Origin: Amoebidium appalachense
Taxonomy: Eukaryota > Protista > Ichthyosporea
Direction of reading: 5' to 3'
DNA: 64,000 nt
Assembly: GCA_963693365.1 (NCBI GenBank)
Contig: CAVNZM010000005.1
Location: 7,386,710-7,450,709, forward strand
How positions within the stretch are numbered: the stretch's first letter is position 1; every line of letters starts with the position of its first letter. This document shows, piece after piece, positions 47,439 to 64,000 of the stretch. The notes under the pieces were generated by a model, which made no database searches, was not told the DNA's origin, and worked only from the letters and a program-made list of their open reading frames with translations. Both the position numbers and the translations under genes were made by a program.

Positions 47439-47478
<40 letters not shown>
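45538..47478 (+). mobile_element. 5'-truncated non-LTR retrotransposon (LINE-like) with poly(A) tail
   Basis: Open RT frame, then a (CA)n-containing 3'UTR, a GGGGAGCCCC palindrome, and an A tract at 47443-47478. Confidence 0.88.
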
Positions 47479-47479
<1 letters not shown>

Positions 47480-47830
47480 GGGGAACCCCAACTAATTGAT
47501 TTCTCCTTGTAGTCTTTATGGTGTCTCGTAGAGAAAGTAAACCCTGATATATTGTCAGATCCTACGATGGCGCTCATTGTTGCCTAGCATGTACATATGT
47601 CACTGGCTGCATTTGATTGGCTGTGCTGGAAAACGCAGTAGGCCGTCGAATGTGGCTGGGCCTCCGGCAATGTCCACGCAATAAAAAGTGTGTAAACCCC
47701 ATATATAGTCACCACCCGACATCTATGTACGTGATCATGATATACCGCTGAGGGGATATTCCGAGCAAACCCCCCCCCCCCCATACCTGAGACTGGTTCT
47801 CTTTGCCTCGAGTAAACAGCGTAAACCCCC
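47479..47830 (-). repeat. Dispersed ~200-bp repeat, copy 2 (interrupted by the solo LTR)
   Basis: Reverse complement of 6595-6790 apart from the 149-bp insertion. Confidence 0.85.
47553..47701 (+). mobile_element. 149-bp solo LTR
   Basis: TG...CA termini, 5-bp TSD TATAT (47548-47552, 47702-47706), AATAAA near the 3' end. The paralogous copy at ~6711-6722 has a single TATAT and no insert. Confidence 0.85.
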
Positions 47831-48542
47831 CCAAGTATAATGACCCACCCGCTTTTGGTAGGGTTCTATTTCATAAGGGGAGTCTGATTGGCTGGCTGGG
47901 TCCCCAAAAACCTAAGATTAAACGGCGCCAAATGACGGAGCATTTTTTTCTTTTGACTGGATTTATTCGACGGAAAGATATGCAAGTATGCACGGCATAC
48001 TGAGAATTTCCGGCCCTCATAAAAAGTCAATATTGACTGGTGCAGTGTGCTACCGTGGAGAATAAAACCGTATAACGCTAGAAATATTTACCCAAATATG
48101 TCTGAGTTCCACGTGTGCTAAATATGTATGTTCAAACGTTTAACGGATGTATGGCATACATCATGATGCTTTCTTAACCGCCCCTTATCGAAAAATGGAA
48201 ATTTGAGTTCACATAAGGACGCTTTTACGTAAACGGTTTTAGGGGGTTTTAGGCCAAATCCGAGCGCTGGCTCGATCCCTGATGACAGGATATTGACAGC
48301 TAAATTCGAAATATGATAGAGTGGAAAAGACGCCCCTCAGGACAAAAGCCCTACATTTTTTCTACAAAATCATATAAAAGTATAATGGGGGGGGGGGGGG
48401 GGGGGGGGGATTTCAATAAATTTGTTATAACCACGTGCTTTCAACATGCTATCAATGTGTACCCTAACTTTCAACGATCCGAAGCGATCCGTTTTGCCCC
48501 TCTCCGACGTAGCCCAATCGCAGCGATGCATCCCCAACAGAC

Positions 48543-49464
48543 CAAGGCATTGCTCCCCCCCTGTCGGTCCGGTCCGGCCCGGTCTGCCATTTTAGCAGTC
48601 CGGTCCCGGTCCGAATTCGGTCCTTTTTGCCCCCCCGCCGCCCCCCCCCCCCCCCCCCCCCCTCTCCTCCCCCCCGGGGGCTCAGCCCCCCCCCCCCCCC
48701 CCTGCACCTTCTCCCCCCCGTCCGACCCTCCCACGGCCTTTCATCTCTCTCTCTCTCTCTCCCTCACCTCACCTCTCCTGAGAGGTTAACGCCATCTCGA
48801 GCTCCCTCGGTATAACCCCCCTCCCCTGGACCCCTCCCCCCCCCCTCGCCCCCTCCCTCCCCCTCCCTCCCCCCTCCCGTGCCCCGGGCAGCTCTTCAGC
48901 TTGCCCATCCCCCCCCCCCCCCCCCCCCCCCCCTTTTCCCACCTTGCTTCCCCCCCCCCCCCCCCTCCCTCTCGAGCTCAGTCTCCTTCCCCTATGCCTG
49001 GTGGCCACTACCGCCAGAGTTAGCGCTGTCTGGCACAACAACAGGGATTCTCCTCCCTTCATATCCGTTTGCAGCAAGTATGGGCATACGGACACACACT
49101 GGCCCACTCAGTTCATTACGTGGCTGAGTCTCGCCTGCTCATTTCAGAGATCTTTCCTGTCGAGCTACATATGTTATGGGCGCATCGAGATCTGAAAGAG
49201 CAAGCGTGCGTGTGTGTGGAAAGAGAGGAAAGAGAGTGGAGAAGAGAGTGTAGAGGGCGGGGAGGAGAGGGAAGAGGATAAGGAAAGGGCCGAGAGAGCC
49301 GGGTTGACACTGGGCATAGTCATAACAAGGAAAACCGAAGAAAACAACTTGCACAAAAAAAAAGTGCTGAATACACCCGTCCTCACTTTTGAGGACCGGT
49401 CCGATCCGGTCCGACCCCAGGACCGATCCGAACCGTCGGTCCGGTCTAGACCGGCAATGCCTTG
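48543..49464. mobile_element. Non-autonomous hAT/P-like element directly upstream of the HMG-box gene
   Basis: TIR CAAGGCATTGC...GCAATGCCTTG; 8-bp TSD caacagac/caacggac; subterminal CGGTCC/GGACCG arrays at both ends. Confidence 0.85.
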
Positions 49465-49660
49465 CAACGGACAAAAAATCCGTTTGTTTTCCTTTGTGAC
49501 CATTCTTCTCTCGGCGGCAGCTCGTTTTTGCCAAAAAAAACACAACAAAAACGTCATCCACACATCTCCCCCAGGCATAAGTGAAACCACGCTATCTTTT
49601 CCGCAACACATCACTTAACAGCACCTCGTCACCACCTCAGTAGGTAGAGCGAGCAAAACC

Positions 49661-51292
49661 ATGTTTTCCCTCTCCTCCCTCCGCCTTGGGGCGGCCTCCC
49701 TCGCTCTCCCCCGGTCGTTTTTGCGTCCGGTGGGTGTGACACGTCTCCTCTCGACAGCTCTAGCCCCTAAGCGTCCCGCGGGGGCGTTTTTCCTCTATAT
49801 CAAGGAGAACAGAGAGATGGCTCAGCGTGTGAACCCGTCCGCTAAGATCACTGACATCACAAAGACGCTCGGGGCTACTTGGAAGACCCTGTCAGATGCT
49901 GACAAGAAGGTATCATTACACGTTTTTTCTGACTCTCAACTGTTCTTCTGGTTTTCTTCTTCTTCTTTTTTTTCCCTTTTGTTTTTGTTTGACACGTTTT
50001 TCACTATCATATATTTCCCCGTGGCTTCAACTGTTGCAGGTAGTTTTGGCTGATGCTTTAGAGTTGATAAAGTTCTTCTTTTTTTTTTGTTGTTCTTTGT
50101 TCCCCTCGGATGTTCCCTCCCCCTCCCCCCCCCCCCCCCCCCCCTCTGCCCCAACACTCCTCTCCACCATCTACCCTTCACAAAGACACAAACACACACC
50201 CCCGCACCCCATCCCTACCCCAACCTTCCATCCCACCCATACATCTGGTGTTTAGCTCTTCAGGTTTTCTTGTTTTTTCTATTCAAGCCAGTCTTTAAAC
50301 CCATCTTGTTTCTGGTTCCCGTTGCAGCTTCCAAAAGGGAGCAAAAGGCAAGCTTCTCTCAGCATCTATTTAATTCCTACGTAGTTTTCGAAAGTGTTGA
50401 ATTATTCTCCCCTCACCACTCCTCTTCTCGGCCAGCCACTATTCATTTCCGGTGCTTCCTTTCTCACTGTAACCGGTGACTTTTAGGCATACTGGGACGG
50501 TTGTGGTGTAATCAGTGAAACGAGTCGACTGTTTGCAAGGACACACATCCCCCCCCCCCCCCCCCAAAGAGAGAGAGAGGGGGGGGGGGGGGGGGGGGGG
50601 GGAGAGAGAGAGAGAGAGAGAGAGAGAAATAGCAGAATGAAAAAGGAAAAAGGTAGAAGAATAGAGAGGCAGATAGAAACAAACACGAATACGACAAAAT
50701 ATTTAACGATTACAGCCACGTATTCCTCAAGTTATTGTCAGATCTCTCGTTGTATTTCCTTAGTCACACGTCTTCTCTCAGTGTGACCGGGTTGAAGCAT
50801 GCACTGCATCTTCGATTCTTTTCTACCTCCCCTTTTTTGGTCTTTGCATAAGGGCAACATAGCCTACCCTCCCACCTTCCCATAGTGATAACCTACGTAC
50901 CAATGTTTACCTTTCTACTTTTTGGTTTTTCGGTTTTTATTAACGCTTTTATTACATACCACCAACTTCTGCGGGTCGGCTCCAGCCCCCAGCTCTTTAC
51001 TATACCAACCGCACAGAATCATGTCTATCTTCTATTTTACATAATGCTGTGCCCCGTCCCCCCCCCCCCCCCCCCCCCCGACGTGGGCCCCCCCTGAGGA
51101 TGGGCTCTGCTTATTATGCATACTCTTTATGTATGGCTTGCATTCTGCATCGTGTTATCCGTTTGTTCTTGTGTACTTCGTACTTTTTGACGCATTCAAA
51201 CCCCCCCCCCCCCTCCCTCTGTCGTCCTGTCTTCCTCTTCTATCCCTTCTTTCACACCACCATCTATCAACCTAACTTCTTACCCAACCTTT

Positions 51293-51338
<46 letters not shown>

Positions 51339-51598
51339 ACAGCCATACGTGGACCGTGCCACCGAGGAGAAGGGCAAGTACGACACTGCACTCAAGGCCT
51401 ACAAGGAGAGCCTCACCCCCGAACAGAAGGAGGCACTTGCTGCCCTGGTACGTAATATACCCCCTCCCCCCCCAACAAACACCGCTACTTTTTTTTTTTT
51501 CTCTTTTTTTTTGCCCTCCCTCCGTTTCCTCTCGGGTAGGCATCGGAAACTGATCTTTTGATGGGCTCTCATCATGTCTTCTTCCCGTACAGTTATAT

Positions 51599-51639
<41 letters not shown>

Positions 51640-51957
51640 TTTTTCTTTTTTGTTTATTTACTTGTTTTTTGTGGTGCAGAAATAATGCTTCCATGTGGTC
51701 ACCCTCTTATGCATGCATCACCCCCCCCCCCCCCCCCCCCCCCTCCCCGAGGGCCGCCGCACTCTCTGCATTACATGTTTTGCTGTTGGTTTCTAATTCG
51801 TACTCCCTGCTGTACTCGAGGGGAGACTTGATTTCGAACGGAGTTGTGTGCGTGTGTGTGTGCGTGTTTTGAGATGGAGGGGGGAAGGGGGGGGAGGCTA
51901 AGGTAATGGTAACGTTCGATAGAGTAATGCTGTTTGCTTATACTAGCCTTCACCACT

Positions 51958-51991
<34 letters not shown>

Positions 51992-52576
51992 CCCCCCTCC
52001 CCCCCCTCCTCTCCCCCAAACACACATACATGCCGGTGGCCGTCCTCCTATAAAATTGCCTTTCATAATACACGCCTCCCTTCCACCTTTGCTTTCAAAC
52101 CCCTGCGTTACCCTTTCCCACGATGTTCCCACCCCCCACCCCACCCCTTGCCCTTCATCCGTCATCCCGTCATCCCTTCCGCTATTTTGTCCTGCCCCCC
52201 CCCCCCCCCCCCCCCCCCCCTCCCCTCCTCCTCCTCCTTTCACCCTCCTACCCACCCGCCCACCTTCCTCTATTTCTTTAACACACACCACAGAAAGAAA
52301 AAGCCAAGAGAGATGCCGTGAAGGCCAAGGAAGCGAGGGAGAGGCGTGCGCAGTACTTAAAGGAGAAGGCGGAAGGTAGGCCCAAGCAAACGACATCGGC
52401 CCTCTTCTTCTACCTCAACGAGAACAGGGAGGCGATCTGGAAGGCAAACCCCAACGCAAAGATGATTGAGGTCACGAAGATTGGTTTACAGCAGTACAAG
52501 GACCTGTCCCCTATGGAGCGCCAGGTTAGTGATTTGTCTCTTTGTCTCCGTCTCTCTCTCTCTCTCTTTCTCTCCG

Positions 52577-52629
<53 letters not shown>

Positions 52630-52786
52630 GTGTGTGTGTGTGCGTGCGTGCGTCTCTCTAAGGCTCTCTCTTCTGTGTGTGCTCACTCGACGTCTCTCTT
52701 GTGCTCTCTCTCTCTCCATCTCTCTCTCTCTTTCTCTGTCTGTCTCTTTCTTTCTCTTTTGTGCTTTCTCTCTACCACTCTCTCCA

Positions 52787-52832
<46 letters not shown>

Positions 52833-53117
52833 ACCCACACACACACGCACGCACGCACGCACATGCAAGAAAGGAAGGTGAAGAAGGAAGAGCAGGCTAA
52901 GATTTTTGATCATTTAAAAGGAAGAGGTGGGAGGGAAGACACGTGGGGATGGGGGGGGGGGGGGGGGGGAGACGAGAGGGAGAGAAACCACATGGCAAAC
53001 AATAGAACCACACAGGAAACACGGAACGGGGTAAGACGTTTTGGTTTTAAGTCACTGTATGGAAAATTATCACGAATGGGTGGGTGGTTGTGTATGTATG
53101 TGGTGGTGGCGGTGGGT

Positions 53118-53148
<31 letters not shown>

Positions 53149-53699
53149 ATTTCTGTTTGATGAACGCAATTTCCTTAAATCCCCACACTCTGAAAGCTTA
53201 TCGATGCTGGTTTTAGTGGGCTTGTTGCAATGTACGCAGAAGAGTGATCGATCTATACGTGTTCTCTTTCGACATAAACACACTGCCTTGTACCCCCTAC
53301 CATTATCAGGTCTATCTACAATTTGTGCAATAGTCATGCCGTATAGGTGTACAGCAGTTTCTTGAGAATGCTATGCTTGGGAATAGTCCGCCCTTCCCAT
53401 CCCCACCCCCCCCCCACCTCACCCACCCACCCACCCACATCCCCACTTCAATTGTCCTTCCAAGTATACACACGGTTGTTTCCAAAGTGCCTGACACACC
53501 AATAATCCGAATCCCGTGTACCCACCGAACCCACACTATCAACACACACACACACACCTATACACACCCGTGTACCCTCTGCCTCCCTCTCTCTCTCTCT
53601 TTCTCAGTCACTCACTCACTCATTTGCAAATGCTCATGGGTACACCCACATGTACACGTACTCGTGCTCATACTCGTACTAAAATACACACGCGTACGT

Positions 53700-53730
<31 letters not shown>

Positions 53731-54477
53731 TACGAGGACCTCGCCGCCGCCGACAAGTCCCGCTACGCGAGGGAGATGGAGGAATGGAGGAAGACACACC
53801 CCAAGGTCAAGAAACCTCCCACCAAGGAACAGCTCGCAGAGAAAGCAAAAAACGAAGCGGAGAAGGAAAAACTGAAGAAAAGGAAGGCTTTGGAACAGGA
53901 AATGAAAAAGAAGGCCGCGGAAAAGGAAAAACTCAAGAAAAAGGCGGAGCTGGAAAAGGAAAAACTCAAGAAAAAGGCGGCGCTGGAAAAGGAGAAACTG
54001 AAGAAAAAGGCGGCTCTTGAAAAGGAGAAAGCGAAGATGAAAGCGGAGGCGGAGAAACGGAAGGAGAATGCAAAACTCGAGAAAATAAAACAGACCACAA
54101 TCGCCGCCGTTGAAAAAAGAAAACTCCTCGCCGAAAAGGCCGCGGCTATGAAACGTCAGACGGACAGGATGAAGGAGGCGACAAAGGCAGCCTTCGAAAA
54201 GGCAAAGAAAAAGTTGACTTCGGCAACGAAGAAACCCGCGGCTGCGGCTCCGGTGAGCGCGAAGAAAACAGCAACGGTAAAGAAAACTACCAAAGCGGCT
54301 ACCACGAAGAAACCGGCGGTAAAGAGAACGGGGGTGGGAGCGTCGGGAGCAGCGGCAGCGGCAGCGGGAAAAACGAAAAAGGTGAAGACTGTGCAGGGGG
54401 GGAAGAAGAAGGTTGCGGGGAAGTCGTCGACCAAGACGGTGGCTAAGAGGACGGCACCAGGCAAGAGCAACAAGTGA
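49661..54477 (+). CDS. TFAM: Mitochondrial two-HMG-box DNA-packaging protein (TFAM/Abf2-like) with a long Lys/Ala-rich C-terminal extension (~444 aa, 4 exons)
   Basis: Exons 49661-49909, 51343-51447, 52294-52524, 53728-54477, all phase 0. Arg/Ser/Leu-rich, acid-free presequence MFSLSSLRLGAASLALPRSFLRP; HMG1 PKRPAGAFFLYIKENR...LGATWKTLSDADKKPY; HMG2 PKQTTSALFFYLNENR...YKDLSPMERQKYEDLAAADKSRYAREMEEW. Orthology to TFAM is inferred from the architecture. Confidence 0.85.
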
Positions 54478-54789
54478 GCGGGGCATGCGACTTGAGGTGC
54501 GTGGCTTTTTTTTTCTTTTTTTTTTTTTTTCTTTTTTTTTTCTTTTTTTTTCTTCTTCCTCCTACTCCTCCTTTGCCCTCCTTGTATCTGCATTGCTGCA
54601 TGTACACCCGAGCAAGGAGCGGGAAGGGGGAGGGGGGTATGGGTTGTCTGTGTGTCTATAGAAACACGTCTGTGTGAGTGCGTCACGGTGTGTTGTCCTG
54701 GCTTTGCATTGCTGAGTATTTTGCCTTCTGCTGTTGCTCCTGGCTTCTTCTTCTCTCTCTCTCTCTCTCTCTCTCTCCTCCTCCTCCTC

Positions 54790-54850
<61 letters not shown>

Positions 54851-54999
54851 AAAAAAAAAAAAGGGTTAAGAGTGTGAGAGGAAGAGAAAGAGAGAGAAAA
54901 GAAGGAAAAAAAAAGGAGGGAAGAAAAAAAGAAGGGAGGGTTAAAAAAAAAAAAAAAAAAAAAAGACGAAAACATGTCTTACAAGCTTCAACTCTGAAA

Positions 55000-55065
<66 letters not shown>

Positions 55066-55318
55066 CAGCAAAGCAGGCATCAAGATGGGCCCGACAGCAA
55101 ACCATCAAAGTCTGATCGGAATGTGATTGGCCAATCGAGGATGTGTGATTATTGGATCGTGGGGAGTGGCAACATGTGTCATTTAGGCTCTAGAGGGTAT
55201 CAAAGTGTGGGGACATGATATATTGTGGGCAAATGTACCAACCCCTTTTCTGGGGACCAGAAAAATTGATGAACTGTTCCCAGTTTTATTGTTAACTACA
55301 ATTATAGTTTTATTATTC

Positions 55319-55349
<31 letters not shown>

Positions 55350-56091
55350 GGGGGTGACTACATTTGTTGTCAGAGAAAGAATCAACAGGATATTCAACCG
55401 CTGTATGGCGCACGCGTTACAGTGAGGTGTTCTGCTGGGCAGACTCCACCGTGTGTATCGAGTATGTATGCTGCTGGTATACGCACGTGTTTGTCCAATA
55501 TATTCCTGGGGCTTCATGGTATACCCAAGAATACATGTAGCATACGGTGCTGTGGCTCGACTCGGAGGCGAGCGATCACCCAATGTGACGTCAATATCAC
55601 ATGGTGCCGTCGCTGTCGGGTTTGCATTCAGTAGACAGTCTATATGTACCATGAGGAGGCTGGTTTGAACATGTGGAGCTGGGGGATTACGCACTATTTA
55701 TTGCTAAGGACATGTCCGCAGCTGCGGAGCCCGTACCACGGCCATTGCCCTGATGCCCCCGAAATCCGGGTCTTCCCCCCCCCAATCCCCGCTCCCCGGC
55801 CCGGTGGCGTACGTGCACCTTCACATGTGTACACACACGGTACCTCCACCACCACCGAAGTTGTACTGCTCACCGTCCACAAGCAGCACGCCAACTGAGA
55901 CGTGTGGCCCTGACGCCCAGTATGAAAGCGGCCGCTATTCAAATTAACGGTAGCTCAGCCAGCCTGCCAACGGTTGCACGTCACCGAGAGTGATCATGAT
56001 CAGCCTGATTTAGTGTGCTCTGGCAAACGTGCTCATGTCGATGTTCCCACATTTTTGGTTATATATTTAGAATCAAACCATTTTTCCGTCT

Positions 56092-56164
56092 CCCCGATTA
56101 GTGTAGTGGTTTAGCACTTTGGACTTTGAATCCAACAACCCGAGTTCGAATCTCGGATCGGGGT
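56092..56164 (+). tRNA. tRNA-Gln, anticodon TTG
   Basis: Acceptor CCCCGAT/ATCGGGG, D arm GTGTAGTGGTTTAGCAC, anticodon arm TTGGA-CTTTGAA-TCCAA, T arm CCGAG-TTCGAAT-CTCGG, discriminator T. TATA-like element at about -30 and an oligo-T terminator 9 nt downstream. Confidence 0.93.
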
Positions 56165-57430
56165 GAAATACCTTTTTTTTTCTTTTTCTTTTCTTTCTTC
56201 TTTTCCCCCATCTTTTTCTGCGCAAGACTTTGCCAGCACTCGTGTGCACGGTCGTCTTTCTATTTTACTGGGCAAGCCTCGTAGAAACAATTCGATTAGC
56301 CCGTGCAGCCAGGTGGAGAACTCACACGTGATGTACCGGCCTCAAAAAGTGAAGCCGCCGGGCTTGCCATGGCCAGCGCTGTCGACGTCGGTGGCAAGAG
56401 ATCAAAAATACTGTATTATAAGTTGGCAGAGGCCCGGGTAGACACCGGTAACTTACATATACTACAGTTGCCGCCGGGCGGGGAGGAGGGGAGGGCTAGC
56501 GCTCGAGGCCAGGAATTCGAAGGGAGTATGTATGAGAGAAATGCCACCACCAGCCAGGATCATTCCGAAGTGTTCGAACGAAATCGATATTGTGCAGATT
56601 CTGAACTATCGAAATATTGTTCCATTCAACTTTGAGACTTAGGCAGAGCGATCCCTGGGGCGAGGCCCTGAGAGAGCTAGAGCCTAGCAGGAGAAATGGG
56701 GGGGGGGGGGGGGGGGGATCGAAGTAAAGCCATCTTTCCCTCTCGTATGGTGAGTGACCTTTGAGGTGTCGGAAAACAAGGATTGTACATGCAACTATAA
56801 CGTCTGCAGTCGTCAAACACCCTACATACTTTTATTGAGCTCCCGGCTCCAACATTCCATGTATAGAGTCTTGTGGGCGGCAAATTCAATGAATGCTTTT
56901 GTCTATAATCTGTTTACTTTAGGTTAAACTCTATCCCATCAGTTAGTCATACGACGAGCCACGTAATCACACAATAACCATACGGTTAACAAGCGCAACA
57001 CGGTTGCATTCACAAACCTTCGGATAAAAGAAACTTTTTTGGAAAAGTTTACGAGTTAATTGTGCAATTTGGCAATCCACTCTCTTATTCTTGCATGTTC
57101 TAAGTGTGTGTCCTTGTGTGCATGTGTGCATGTCTGTATGTACGTCACTGTGAGCGCGCGAGTACATGCGTGGGCATGTAAGGCAATATAAGGCACATGA
57201 GAGGGGGACGAAGGGTGTGGGTGTGGGTACGTGGGGAGGAGCTCGAGGGGGAAGGGCGAGGCGGGTGGGAAAGGGGAGAAAGGGGTCAATTGTAGATCAA
57301 CTAAGTTTTCATTCATGTATTTGAATCATTCATCCAACACTTTCACATAACCAAAATCATGTTCTATCCCTGCCATTTTCTTCTTCACCAACATCCCCAA
57401 ACTTGGTTCCACCCCGCCACACACATACAT

Positions 57431-63656
<6,226 letters not shown>

Positions 63657-64000
63657 CTGGGGGGAAGAAAAAATAGGGAAGAGAATAAAGAGGAGGTCGC
63701 GGGGAGCGAGGGAGGCGGAAAGAGAGGGTGTGTGTGTGTGGGGGGGGGGGGGGGGGGGGGTGGGAAGGGGGGGTGGGTGGTGGTGGTGGTGGGGGGGGGG
63801 GGGGTGAAAGGGCCCAAGAGACTGAGGGGCAGGAAGGGAGATCAAGAGTTGAGGGGGGGGCGGGGGGGCGGGGGGAGGGGGGGGGGGGGGGGGGGGAGGG
63901 GGGAGTGGGGGCGGAGAAAAATGGTTTGTAGGGCAGAGGGCCGAGAAAAAGAAGGGGAGAAGTAAGAGCCGGAGGGAGGGAAGGAGGGAGGGAGGGAGTG

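Noticed and set aside
56303-56635. 110-aa ORF downstream of the tRNA
   Set aside because: Non-ATG start, no domain similarity and no supporting exon chain.

Overview
Eukaryotic, intron-rich, microsatellite- and homopolymer-saturated DNA. Gene content is compatible with a unicellular opisthokont such as an ichthyosporean or choanoflagellate; this is inference, not shown. Almost all ORFs in the supplied track are artefacts of (CA)n/(GT)n and poly-C/poly-G runs. Splicing by hand (GT-AG, frame-consistent) gives: the 3' end of an unknown gene (1-225); a 2-exon membrane protein (3185-4833); an 11-exon tRNA-dihydrouridine synthase DUS4-like gene (7201-16068); a 12-exon SLC38/AVT-type amino-acid transporter (19091-30601); a 4-exon two-HMG-box TFAM/Abf2-like protein with a very long Lys/Ala-rich tail (49661-54477); a tRNA-Gln(TTG) with an atypical acceptor stem (56092-56164); and the 3' part of a minus-strand C2H2 zinc-finger/helical-repeat gene (57431 to beyond 63656). 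Region 34.5-49.5 kb is a nested transposon cluster: two PIF/Harbinger-type MITEs, two hAT-like MITEs, a PHIS-like MITE, a decayed chromovirus (Ty3/Gypsy), a 5'-truncated non-LTR retrotransposon with an open RT frame, and a 149-bp solo LTR whose empty site is visible elsewhere in the window. The most notable observations are: introns with GT/G tracts at the donor end and AC/C tracts running up to the acceptor AG; tandem duplication of both boundaries of one transporter exon; two long intronic hairpins; the odd tRNA-Gln; and the TFAM with an H1-like tail.
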